From: Nitrospirota bacterium
Lineage (GTDB): Bacteria; Nitrospirota; Thermodesulfovibrionia; Thermodesulfovibrionales; Dissulfurispiraceae
NCBI GenBank assembly: GCA_963790025.1
Contig: CAWBMP010000004.1
Location: forward strand, 1,024,001 to 1,088,000
Length of the DNA: 64,000 bases
Reading direction: 5' to 3'
In this document: positions 1 through 8,640 of the stretch, one piece after another
Position numbering within the stretch: the stretch's first letter is position 1
How the letters are laid out: the number at the start of each line of letters is the position of its first letter
Program-made: the position numbers and the translations under genes
Notes under the pieces: generated by a model
The model's database searches: none
What the model saw: only the letters and a program-made list of their open reading frames with translations
What the model was told of the DNA's origin: nothing

Positions 1-211
1 AGGCGCCCTCCTAGCCTCAATATTGGTAATTGCCGGGGTGCTCCTTAATCGCTTCAATACAAACTTTTTCGCCGAGGTCGGCAGCGGCATCTCCTATTTT
101 CCCACATGGAGAGAGTTAGCCATAACAGCAGGCCTGATATCTCTCGGCGTATTCCTTTACAGATTGGCTGTTATTTATCTGCCGGTTTTTCATACTGAAG
201 CCGAACATTGA
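1..211 (+). CDS. C-terminal part of an NrfD/PsrC/HybB-family membrane subunit (truncated by window edge)
   Basis: Hydrophobic C-terminus 'GVLLNRFN...YFPTWRELAITAGLISLG' matches the NrfD-family terminal helices; frame is open to the window start. Confidence 0.7.
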   Translation, partial: GALLASILVIAGVLLNRFNTNFFAEVGSGISYFPTWRELAITAGLISLGVFLYRLAVIYLPVFHTEAEH

Positions 212-229
212 AAAAAACACTAAGATTCA

Positions 230-261
230 TGTCAGGTCTTGTCACGCGACAAGACCTGACA
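230..261. repeat. Perfect 14-bp inverted repeat (REP-like hairpin or terminator)
   Basis: TGTCAGGTCTTGTC-acgc-GACAAGACCTGACA, 18 nt after the upstream stop codon. Confidence 0.75.
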
Positions 262-420
262 CTCAATTCCTCTTCAAACCCCAAGATGCCAATGCCCGAT
301 CAAAATATTATCTGCTAACGTCTTAGTTATTGCTTAATCATCACCAACATTAATAACGGCATCTCACAATAACCGCGATATCGAAAAAAGCTCAACTATA
401 TTCATTTCGTCCCGCGTCCC

Positions 421-448
421 TTGACAAATTGTCGCAGATTGCTATAAT
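421..448 (+). promoter_or_regulatory. Consensus sigma70 promoter with extended -10
   Basis: TTGACA (421-426), 16-nt spacer, TGn-TATAAT (443-448); palindrome GACAA-A-TTGTC overlaps the -35. Confidence 0.7.
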
Positions 449-611
449 TTGCACATAAAAAGAGAATGCTATATTTTGTGAATTGGGACATTGGCATTTA
501 TTTTGCTGAATTCGTTTGCGTGCAAAATCTGCAAATTGAGTATGTTCAGGAACGAGATAATAACTGGTTAGGTTTTGTTTTCCGGCTAATAAGGAAGAAA
601 GGAGAAAGAAG

Positions 612-1184
612 ATGGGAAAAGCGATTTTTGGTTTTTTTGCACTTCTTGGATTAGGCTTAGATTTTGGACACGGGGTCGCCAGTCGAGTCGTGCACAAGCT
701 CGGGCCTTTACTCGTTGTGTTGGTGCTGTGTGCCACGGCGTGCGTCCCTCAGACGAGGAAAGATGACAAGCAGGAGCCCTGCTGGTTGCTGTATGACAAC
801 TGGAACGTAGGCGCAGTCGGCAACAACGGGAAGAACATCATGATCACAGTGCCGGCCAAAGCTCCCGACGGTCATAATGTCCAACAGTGCAACATCTGCC
901 GTATCGATACGTATCATTGGAACGGGGGACAGGGGGCGGTTCCAGGGAAAGTTTCGGTCTTCATTCCGGCAACAGGGCTCACGGACACACCACCCAACAA
1001 CGCGACGGCTACGCCGGGCGCAGGTGGTGCCCCGAACGTCAATTGGTCGCAGACTGGTTTCACAGCTGGCGTCCCGGCCGGTGGGCAATTCGAAGTACGC
1101 GACAGCAATCCGGGTACGTGGTCACAGAACGCGCAGACGAACGGCTTCGGCTACACTCGCGTTTGGTGCTGGCCAGAAATATGA
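612..1184 (+). CDS. Hypothetical exported protein/lipoprotein (alternative GTG start at 690)
   Basis: 190-aa ORF with RBS; lipobox-like LVLCATAC; GC-richer than flanks. Confidence 0.6.
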   Translation: MGKAIFGFFALLGLGLDFGHGVASRVVHKLGPLLVVLVLCATACVPQTRKDDKQEPCWLLYDNWNVGAVGNNGKNIMITVPAKAPDGHNVQQCNICRIDTYHWNGGQGAVPGKVSVFIPATGLTDTPPNNATATPGAGGAPNVNWSQTGFTAGVPAGGQFEVRDSNPGTWSQNAQTNGFGYTRVWCWPEI

Positions 1185-1215
1185 GGTGAGATGTGGATTG
1201 GTGTTGAGACCCTGC

Positions 1216-1261
1216 TAGGCGCCGGGTTCATTACAATAGACAGGCCCGGCGTCTAATTTTT
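1216..1261. terminator. Hairpin between convergent genes
   Basis: TAGGCGCCGGG...CCCGGCGTCTA stem followed by ATTTTT; loop is long (18 nt). Confidence 0.4.
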
Positions 1262-1294
1262 AAGAATAAGCTTGACCAGTGTGGCAAGGGCAGA

Positions 1295-1396
1295 TTAACG
1301 TTTTTTCCTGGGGTGGTCCTGCAGGTAAAAATAAATACCTGCAAAAAGCATGGCAAGAGCAAGCCCCGCCATAAGAATATATACAGGCTCGAACAT
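1295..1396 (-). CDS. 33-aa single-TM small protein (MFEPVYILMAGLALAMLFAGIYFYLQDHPRKKR), not in ORF track
   Basis: Strong AGGAGG RBS upstream of ATG; hydrophobic helix plus basic tail; directly follows the 64-aa ORF. Confidence 0.65.
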   Translation of the reverse strand: MFEPVYILMAGLALAMLFAGIYFYLQDHPRKKR

Positions 1397-1417
1397 TTAA
1401 TTTTCCTCCTTTTCTGC

Positions 1418-1612
1418 CTATGACGGTATAACGATATATGCAATAATTCCTGCAAGAAGTGTTAATGTGACAATTATTATCGCTTCAAAGCCAGTAAGAG
1501 TCTGAGTCAAGAAGCCGCTCACAAGCCTTACTGTTGCCATATATTTAGCAATATCAAAGATTGCTTTCCCTAATTCCTTACGCCTGTCCTCATTACTACT
1601 ATTACTTATCAT
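1418..1612 (-). CDS. Small membrane protein, DUF6722-like
   Basis: 'KELGKAIFDIAKYM' followed by two hydrophobic segments. Confidence 0.6.
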   Translation of the reverse strand: MISNSSNEDRRKELGKAIFDIAKYMATVRLVSGFLTQTLTGFEAIIIVTLTLLAGIIAYIVIPS

Positions 1613-1643
1613 ATACTATCCTTTGCCCTTCTCTGTCAACATT

Positions 1644-2432
1644 TCATTTCATTGAAATCGGCAATACCCCTCTGTCGCCTGATGGAAACTGTATCACTTC
1701 GCTGAATCTGCATCCGTTCACAAGGAAATGAGACCACAAGACAAAGGATACAGGGGGAAGGGCCGCCTGTCTTTTCGTCATATCATTCTGCAAGTACTGG
1801 AATATCCTGCGGAGCCGCTCACCGTTGGGCACTACCAGCATGACATTATTTCTGAAAGATGATATTTTCTCAAAAACCTTCGACCTGCCCATGCCGGCTG
1901 CATCTATCTCCACATCGAAAGTATACGCCTCTCCTTTATACGGAACTATCCTGATTCTGAAATCTGGGAAAAAGGTGCGCCTCCTCTCCCCTTTCTTTTT
2001 AATCTGTCTGCCAAACGCCTTCCGTGCGTAATACTCTGTGTGGATATATTCTATTCTATAGAGATTATGCACCTCAGCCTCTTCCACCATCTTGCGCATA
2101 GTAGAGGCAACCATGAGCTCGTGCATGAGTTCGATAGTTTTGGGAAACACATACCGTATGTTTTCGATTTCAAACCCATACTTTAATACGACCTCATAGG
2201 CGCCAGCTTTCTGCAGCACAACAATCGGACTGTCGTGCCTGTCCACCTTTTTAGACTGGATAAGACCGGCATTCTCCAACTGTAACAGGCGTTTCCATGC
2301 ATATTTGGAAAATTCTTTTGAAGCTTCCTGCTTCGGAAAATATTTCTTACCTATAGAAATGACATTGCTCGGCCCATAGGAGAGATGTTTCAATATTTCG
2401 TAATCCCGTTCCGTTATCTTCTCGATTCTCAT
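1644..2432 (-). CDS. Replic_Relax (PF13814) / MOB_C-like PD-(D/E)xK relaxase
   Basis: N-terminal wHTH-like 'ERDYEIL...KRLLQLENAGLI', 'HELMV', 'PDF...VEID'; ATGA overlap with the coupling-protein gene. Confidence 0.7.
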   Translation of the reverse strand: MRIEKITERDYEILKHLSYGPSNVISIGKKYFPKQEASKEFSKYAWKRLLQLENAGLIQSKKVDRHDSPIVVLQKAGAYEVVLKYGFEIENIRYVFPKTIELMHELMVASTMRKMVEEAEVHNLYRIEYIHTEYYARKAFGRQIKKKGERRRTFFPDFRIRIVPYKGEAYTFDVEIDAAGMGRSKVFEKISSFRNNVMLVVPNGERLRRIFQYLQNDMTKRQAALPPVSFVLWSHFLVNGCRFSEVIQFPSGDRGVLPISMK

Positions 2433-4417
2433 AGACTGTCCATGGGAAACTCATCCGTTTCCTGCAAAAAACCTAATTTGTCGGCCCTAGCGGCCTGAGT
2501 TGTTCTGCTTTCCGACTTTTCGAGTTTACGCAGGTACCCTTGAACATCAGAGGCCCTTTCTTTCAACAAATCCTGGATTTCCCCCTTTTTGATGTCGTAG
2601 GGGACAGCCGGCATATAAAATTCAAATGGTTTATTCAGCAATCCCTTGTATTTCCGGTCCTTATAATAAGGAAGCTGATTGGCAAAAAATGGCCTGATCC
2701 CTTTTGCGAGCACCAGGCATTTGCTTTCATCCATATAGTGAATATTATCTGCTGTTATCAGCGGGGCCTTCTCAGCCTTTTCATAATACCTGAATGAAAT
2801 AAAATCAAAGACCCCTCTGCTTTTCATGGGAGAATTGAATGAAGTTTCCCCAAGCCATAACGATATTTCTTTGCACATTTCGTATGAGCATCCCGGCAAT
2901 ACGATGATTGTGCGTAATGACGATATAAATGACTGAGCGCTGCCCGACTTCATTTTTTTCATCATGCCCTCTATGTCGGATTTGTCCTGCACATAAATGG
3001 TCATGCCGGCCCCTGAAGATCTTCCGGTCGCTGCGAATTCATCAACTTTCGGCAGATTCAGGCGTGCAAATTCATCAAGGTAAAACCATGCGTGGCGCGG
3101 TTTTGCTCCCTTTTTATTGGCCTCGGAGGCTTTTTCGTAATCCCGCAGCATAAGAAGCCGAGCTATCATGCTTGCCATCACTTTCATGTCATTCCTCTGC
3201 AGTTCTGCTTTGACCACAAACAGACATGGCTCGCTGAAAAATATTTCTATGTCAAAATCATTCCGTATAAGTGCCTGCCGCAATGTCGGACCATCCATAA
3301 ACTGAAGTTTTCGGTATAGGCCTTGCATCGCATTGACTCTTTCCTGCGGCATAGTGTCAGCAAAGAACCTGAACTCATCAATAACATCTCTACTCCCGGT
3401 GCTTGCTATGAAGCGTGTCAGTTCATCAGGAGGAAGTTTGACCGCATCAAGCACTGTAGTGAGATTTCTGTATTCGGGAGGCATTTTAAGCACCGCCATC
3501 AAAATTGACCATATCAACCGGTATTCCCTCCCTATAAAATGGTCTGTGTCGGATTTCATTTCACCAACCTCGGCAAAGTAGCTGCCGAACAACGCATTGA
3601 TTATCTCTTTTAGGGCATCATGTGTCTTCTGGTTCGAAAAATCGCTTTCCACCATCATTAAGGGATTAAAATGCATTTTCCATTTATACGGATCGAAATT
3701 AATTACCTTTCTGCCTTTCGCCCACCATGCATGGCCCACTATGTCAACAATGTCTTCATCAGGCTTGACATCGACGCAAAAAACTGAACAATTACTGAAA
3801 GAATCATTTACAATGTTGGTAATCAGGAAACTCGATGTTTTCCCTGAACCCGGAGGCCCCGGAATCAATATCCCCTCCTGCCTCCTCTTCTTATCGATCC
3901 CAATTCTTTTGCACTTATAAGAGCCAATCTGAAAAAAATTATCCTCCGCGGTCTTTTTCTCGACAAACCCGGATACTTTAATAAGGACTTGCATAAGACC
4001 GAAAGACACTGCAAGAGACATAAGGGCCAGTACCGGAGAAGCGACAATTTCGTGATAAATAAGGTAATAAGGAATTGTGCCCAGAGCATAAAGCATCACA
4101 CTACCCCCTGGTCCCCAGACAGCATAAACATGGACCTTGCCGGGGATCGCGAGTCTCGACAATATCTCTCGCTGCGTAGCAAAACGTCCCGAGGTGGCGG
4201 GATTGTCTTTTATACGTACTCTTCCACGAGACAGTACTGTTATAAAGAATGCAATAATAAAAAAAATCGCCAGGCAGACTAACGAACAAAGCACAATTAT
4301 CTGGCTGGGACTTACATGAAGGCCGGCTATTCTCCTGATTGCTATGGCAAGGTCCGACAACGGACCCTTATTCAGTGCATGCTCAATATCTCTCAGTGCC
4401 ATCGCCTGCCCTACCAT
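2429..4417 (-). CDS. virD4: Type IV coupling protein (VirD4/TraG family)
   Basis: N-terminal TM helices, Walker A GPPGSGKT, Walker B 'YLDEF', 'TGRSSG...YVQ' motif. Confidence 0.85.
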   Translation of the reverse strand: MVGQAMALRDIEHALNKGPLSDLAIAIRRIAGLHVSPSQIIVLCSLVCLAIFFIIAFFITVLSRGRVRIKDNPATSGRFATQREILSRLAIPGKVHVYAVWGPGGSVMLYALGTIPYYLIYHEIVASPVLALMSLAVSFGLMQVLIKVSGFVEKKTAEDNFFQIGSYKCKRIGIDKKRRQEGILIPGPPGSGKTSSFLITNIVNDSFSNCSVFCVDVKPDEDIVDIVGHAWWAKGRKVINFDPYKWKMHFNPLMMVESDFSNQKTHDALKEIINALFGSYFAEVGEMKSDTDHFIGREYRLIWSILMAVLKMPPEYRNLTTVLDAVKLPPDELTRFIASTGSRDVIDEFRFFADTMPQERVNAMQGLYRKLQFMDGPTLRQALIRNDFDIEIFFSEPCLFVVKAELQRNDMKVMASMIARLLMLRDYEKASEANKKGAKPRHAWFYLDEFARLNLPKVDEFAATGRSSGAGMTIYVQDKSDIEGMMKKMKSGSAQSFISSLRTIIVLPGCSYEMCKEISLWLGETSFNSPMKSRGVFDFISFRYYEKAEKAPLITADNIHYMDESKCLVLAKGIRPFFANQLPYYKDRKYKGLLNKPFEFYMPAVPYDIKKGEIQDLLKERASDVQGYLRKLEKSESRTTQAARADKLGFLQETDEFPMDSL

Positions 4418-7020
4418 ATATCTGCTGCGTTAATCAGGCTGGCTGCTACTCCGTGAGGGTATGTTTTCGCAAAGGCCTTCGTCGTTTCCTTTTCTACCTC
4501 AGCTTCCGTTGCTTCGGGCATATTTACCCTTATTTCCTCCCTCATAGCAGCATACGCCTCCTTATCAGGCGGGTCTGTGGTGAAAGTAGCATAGTTGAGC
4601 GGCGTGGACATAAACCTCGTCACACCTTTTCCGGATCCTCCCGACCTTAGCTTCTTAATATGGACAAATGCCTCGCTGTAAAATCCCATCAGGCTTCTTA
4701 AACTCTCGGTAGTATATGCGTCCGGTTCCGATAATCCAAGGTAGCCCATCGCATCGAGCATACTCTGGCTAGGTTGGCGGAAATAAACCTGGATGTTCGC
4801 CTGGGAGAGGCAGACTTCTCCTACTTTTCCGGCTTTGAGGAGATCTGAAACTTTTTGTGTCATTACCCCCACAGCTGTATTGTAATGCCGGTATGTCCTG
4901 AACGCATTGTCAACGAAATCTGCGCCGACCGAATCAATAAAAATCCGGTGGGCCTCATCGATCGGGAGCCATTTTCGTCCAAGTAATTTTTTCACCTGTT
5001 CACCGATGACAAGCATAATATTAAAAAGCATTGCCCGCATAAGGTCCGGCGCCTCTTTTAAGCCTCCTATATCGAATACTATAAACGGATTGTCCACATT
5101 GAACGAGGACCTCCTGAAATAGTTTGCATATTTCCCTTTGCCGACATAAAACGCGAGGCGTTCGGAAAGAGATTTCCCCTTTTCGCCGAAATGGGATTTC
5201 AGTATATTATTAAAGTCTTCCAGTTCAGGCATCCTGTTATAGTGGTGAAGTTTTTCGTATGTAAACTGTATTGCCTTGTCGATCAGCGCTATGTCGGACT
5301 GGGCCAATTCCTCGTTCTTCCGCGTCATGATGGATGAAAGAAAGTTCGACAGCAGCAGGAGGCGCTCTTTATCGAGCTCACACTCAAACGGGTTATACGA
5401 TACAGGGTCATTGAGGCTGAACGATATATACTCGCCGCCTAGCAAAGAGCAAAGTTTTTTATATGAACCCATCATGTCGATAATAAAAAACCTGTCGCCC
5501 CTCCTGAAAAATTTGACCGCCATCATATTCAGCAAAGCGCTCTTTCCCGTGCCTGTTTCACCGGATATAATAAAATGCGGCACTGTGCCATCGAAGAAAT
5601 CGAGATACACCGGTTCACACGTCCTTGAAAGCCCTATCATGCCCGGGTTTTTTGTACCAAGCCAGGCCCCGGTTGCCGGGACTATTTGAGCAAAAGAATG
5701 GGAAGGCAGTTTAAACGTACGCGACAAATGGTTCTTGTTATCTAGCGGGGCATAATGGAAAGGGAGACAGTTTTTAAAGAGGCTTTGAGATAAAATGTTG
5801 TCAGCAAGCATCGGCAGTTCCAGGTCCGCAATTTTAGCGTTAACCTTCTGCGCATAGGTATTTGCGAGGTCGTAGGTCTCGCCTACATTGGTAATGGCAA
5901 ATGAAAAATGGAATACTTTTTTTCCAGCAAGCATGTTTTTTTCGATCGTGTCCACATCTGCTGCTATAGCGGAATTGTCATTGTCCTCCCTGCCGAAAGG
6001 ATTCATCAACCCGTATGAAGCAAAATTTCCTTTCCATTTAAGCGCTCTCTTTTCTTTGTCTTGTACCTCTACAAAGCCGGTCAGGCATATATTGATATCT
6101 CCAGGTATTTCCATAAGCTTATACATAATGCCCGGTACAGTATATTGAGGGGCATTCGTGGCTGCGCTGGTCCGGTAGTAATGACCGTCAGAATAGACAA
6201 ATGTGTCATCGGTATAAATAAATGTCCTGAACAATTGCCTGCTCAGATCTATTTGAGATATGTATTCAGGCGCACCCAGACCCTCTTTAAACATATTCTT
6301 GTGCAGGTATTGATGGAAATAGTTGATAAGGTCCTGGCCTTCGCATCTGCGGAGTCCGAACCCGTTATTTTTCATCATGGATTCGAACAAAGTGATACTG
6401 CTGCTGAAAATATTAATTTTTTTGGTTATGTCCATTGTCGCCGATTCCAGTTCCACCCTTTCTATAGCGCTAACAGACCTTTCTCCCAGCGTAATCTTTC
6501 TCGGCACATGAAAAATTGCTATATAAAACCGCATCGTCCTCGGGAAAACGCTCCTTCCGCCCCAAAGTCCCGCTTTTGAACTGTTGTGCAAAAACATCAC
6601 CTGTTCATTATAAAGAGAGTCAATGGCAGCCGGTCCCTCCCCCTCCGATCCATTCGTTGAATCGGAGACTATAGGAAGATACAAACTGACATTACGGTCC
6701 GACGCTACAATAAATTGGAACGCATATCCTTCTGGTATTTGGAGAAGTGCTGCTTCCATCAGATTCGCTATTGCGAGTTTCTGTCCGTCAAGGCTGTTTG
6801 CCTCATGTACGAAAGGGGTATACTCCCACATGGCCCCGACATATCTTTCTTTTTTGCCTGTATCTCCGAGGACAAACACCTTATACTGTCCGTTAAAGCT
6901 TCTATAGGGGAGCATGCTTCCAAAAGAAGGCAGGGTTGTGAATGCTTCATTGACTTCCTGAACAGAATCGAATCGTATCCCGTCAAGGTCATGATCTTTT
7001 AATTTTTTTTCGATCTTCAA
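4411..7020 (-). CDS. traC: T4SS ATPase VirB4/TraC family
   Basis: 869 aa; Walker A GETGTGKS, 'IDEAH', 'RTYRHYN...MTQ'. Confidence 0.88.
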   Translation of the reverse strand: MKIEKKLKDHDLDGIRFDSVQEVNEAFTTLPSFGSMLPYRSFNGQYKVFVLGDTGKKERYVGAMWEYTPFVHEANSLDGQKLAIANLMEAALLQIPEGYAFQFIVASDRNVSLYLPIVSDSTNGSEGEGPAAIDSLYNEQVMFLHNSSKAGLWGGRSVFPRTMRFYIAIFHVPRKITLGERSVSAIERVELESATMDITKKINIFSSSITLFESMMKNNGFGLRRCEGQDLINYFHQYLHKNMFKEGLGAPEYISQIDLSRQLFRTFIYTDDTFVYSDGHYYRTSAATNAPQYTVPGIMYKLMEIPGDINICLTGFVEVQDKEKRALKWKGNFASYGLMNPFGREDNDNSAIAADVDTIEKNMLAGKKVFHFSFAITNVGETYDLANTYAQKVNAKIADLELPMLADNILSQSLFKNCLPFHYAPLDNKNHLSRTFKLPSHSFAQIVPATGAWLGTKNPGMIGLSRTCEPVYLDFFDGTVPHFIISGETGTGKSALLNMMAVKFFRRGDRFFIIDMMGSYKKLCSLLGGEYISFSLNDPVSYNPFECELDKERLLLLSNFLSSIMTRKNEELAQSDIALIDKAIQFTYEKLHHYNRMPELEDFNNILKSHFGEKGKSLSERLAFYVGKGKYANYFRRSSFNVDNPFIVFDIGGLKEAPDLMRAMLFNIMLVIGEQVKKLLGRKWLPIDEAHRIFIDSVGADFVDNAFRTYRHYNTAVGVMTQKVSDLLKAGKVGEVCLSQANIQVYFRQPSQSMLDAMGYLGLSEPDAYTTESLRSLMGFYSEAFVHIKKLRSGGSGKGVTRFMSTPLNYATFTTDPPDKEAYAAMREEIRVNMPEATEAEVEKETTKAFAKTYPHGVAASLINAADIW

Positions 7021-7044
7021 AGGTTGTCCCTCAGCTCCTTACCC

Positions 7045-8004
7045 TTAAAACGTTTTTATATATTCGGCCCCATTTATATAATGTGGGATTTCATGGCTTT
7101 TACCTTCCCGTATAAGTCCTCTGATCAATTCATTCGGGAATAAAGCCTCCACAAGGGCCTTTCTGCCCCCTGCCGGTTTTTTTACGAGCCTTTGTGCTGC
7201 GGTAAGGTTAAGTGTCGAGGCAATTTGCTGCTGGACAAGATGCCTCTCCTGAGGAGGGAACAGGCCATAAAGCCGGTTGACCGTCTCAACGACATTAATA
7301 GTATGCAATGTCGCAAAGACAAGATGCCCGGTCTCAGCAGCATTGACCGCGAGCCTGGCCGTTTCAGTGTCCCGTATCTCTCCCACCAGTATTACATCAG
7401 GGTCCTGTCTTAAGGCATACTTAAGCGCATGGGTAATATCGTCGGTATCGCTGCCTATCTCCCGCTGATTTACCACAGAATAATTGGTGCTTTCAAAAAG
7501 ATACTCGACCGGGTTTTCTATTGTGATTAGATGTATGCTCTTCCTCTGTAGCATATGTTTTATCATGGCTGCAATAGTGGTAGACTTCCCGCTTCCCGTG
7601 GGCCCGGTCACCAGCACCATACCATTCTTCATATCCGCTACCTGATTCAGGTTTGCCGGAAGACCCAGGTCCTCAATATCAGGTATTTGCAGCGGAAGCA
7701 GTCGCAGCGCTATCGAAAGCCTTTTCCCATTTGAGTGAAAGTAGTTTCCCCTCCATCTTCTCGCTCCATAGGTGAATGAAAAGTCCCCGTCTTTGCCGGA
7801 AAAGCCAGCCGGGATGACATTATCCAGGAACCTGTTCATATTGGAAATGTCTACTGGATCAAGATCACTCCTGATCAAATCGCCATCAATACGAAATACA
7901 GGCTGATTCAGCTCGGCAAGATGAATATCGCTGGCACTGTGCTCGATGCCGACTGAAAGGATATCTTCGATACCAGAACTCAATTCAGTTAATTTCACAG
8001 CCAT
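7045..8004 (-). CDS. PilT/PilU-like ATPase #1
   Basis: 'SDIHL', GPTGSGKS, 'ENPVEY', 'LRQDPDVILVGEIRD', 'TGHLVFATLH', AIRNLIRE-like 'LIRGLIRE'; ATG 8004 has an RBS. Confidence 0.85.
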   Translation of the reverse strand: MAVKLTELSSGIEDILSVGIEHSASDIHLAELNQPVFRIDGDLIRSDLDPVDISNMNRFLDNVIPAGFSGKDGDFSFTYGARRWRGNYFHSNGKRLSIALRLLPLQIPDIEDLGLPANLNQVADMKNGMVLVTGPTGSGKSTTIAAMIKHMLQRKSIHLITIENPVEYLFESTNYSVVNQREIGSDTDDITHALKYALRQDPDVILVGEIRDTETARLAVNAAETGHLVFATLHTINVVETVNRLYGLFPPQERHLVQQQIASTLNLTAAQRLVKKPAGGRKALVEALFPNELIRGLIREGKSHEIPHYINGAEYIKTF

Positions 8005-8046
8005 TAATTTCCGCTCCCTGTTTTTTAATTTGTTGTGCAATAGTCC

Positions 8047-8072
8047 ACTTACTTGAATATTACTTGCTAAAT
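8047..8072 (-). promoter_or_regulatory. Conserved backbone motif copy 1 (AAGTAATAT core)
   Basis: 19 bp ACTTACTTGAATATTACTT identical to 21085-21103; about 53 nt upstream of the PilT-like start. Confidence 0.6.
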
Positions 8073-8106
8073 TGCGTTCACGAAGTGATGACTGCATTGC
8101 AACTTT

Positions 8107-8640
8107 TTATTCGACCTTAAACCCGTCTTTTGCCAGTTGTTTTTTGACCTGTGTCACATATTTTATCTTTCTAAGCAGGTTATAGCTGTGATAATTGCCC
8201 ACCGCATGCCATGTATAGCCGTTCGAGACTATCTCGCTGGAGAGTTTATAGGCGGCGAGCAGTGAGGATATATAAGGGTCCAACATCTGCAGCTTTGTTA
8301 TCCCCAGCCTTTTGCCGATATAATAATAATTGACCTGCCATGGACCTATGTCGATATTATCAGTGCTTAATCGGGACAGGTAAAATACAGCCTCAACATA
8401 AGTCCTCGGATATATTGGTATGCTTTTGCCGTTTCCCAGATTCACGCATAGCGCCCATGGGTGTCCGTTGCTCTCCACCTGCTTTATGGCGTTAAGAAGT
8501 TCAACAGGCACCTGGAACCGCGCCGCAGCCTTATATTGAGCATCGCTGACTATCTCATGGATGCTCTGCTCAGCACTCGCAAAGGAAGGCAAAAAGCTAA
8601 TAAGGCAAAGCAAAAAACAATGAAAAGCCAACTTATACAA
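8107..8640 (-). CDS. Lytic transglycosylase (SLT; VirB1-like)
   Basis: Signal peptide; 'AIKQVES', 'IDIGPWQVN', 'AVGNYHS' SLT motifs. Confidence 0.85.
   Translation of the reverse strand: MYKLAFHCFLLCLISFLPSFASAEQSIHEIVSDAQYKAAARFQVPVELLNAIKQVESNGHPWALCVNLGNGKSIPIYPRTYVEAVFYLSRLSTDNIDIGPWQVNYYYIGKRLGITKLQMLDPYISSLLAAYKLSSEIVSNGYTWHAVGNYHSYNLLRKIKYVTQVKKQLAKDGFKVE

Noticed and set aside
648..1230. IS3-like inverted ends around the GC-rich gene
   Set aside because: Left TGG...GGACAC is suggestive but the right-hand match is too weak
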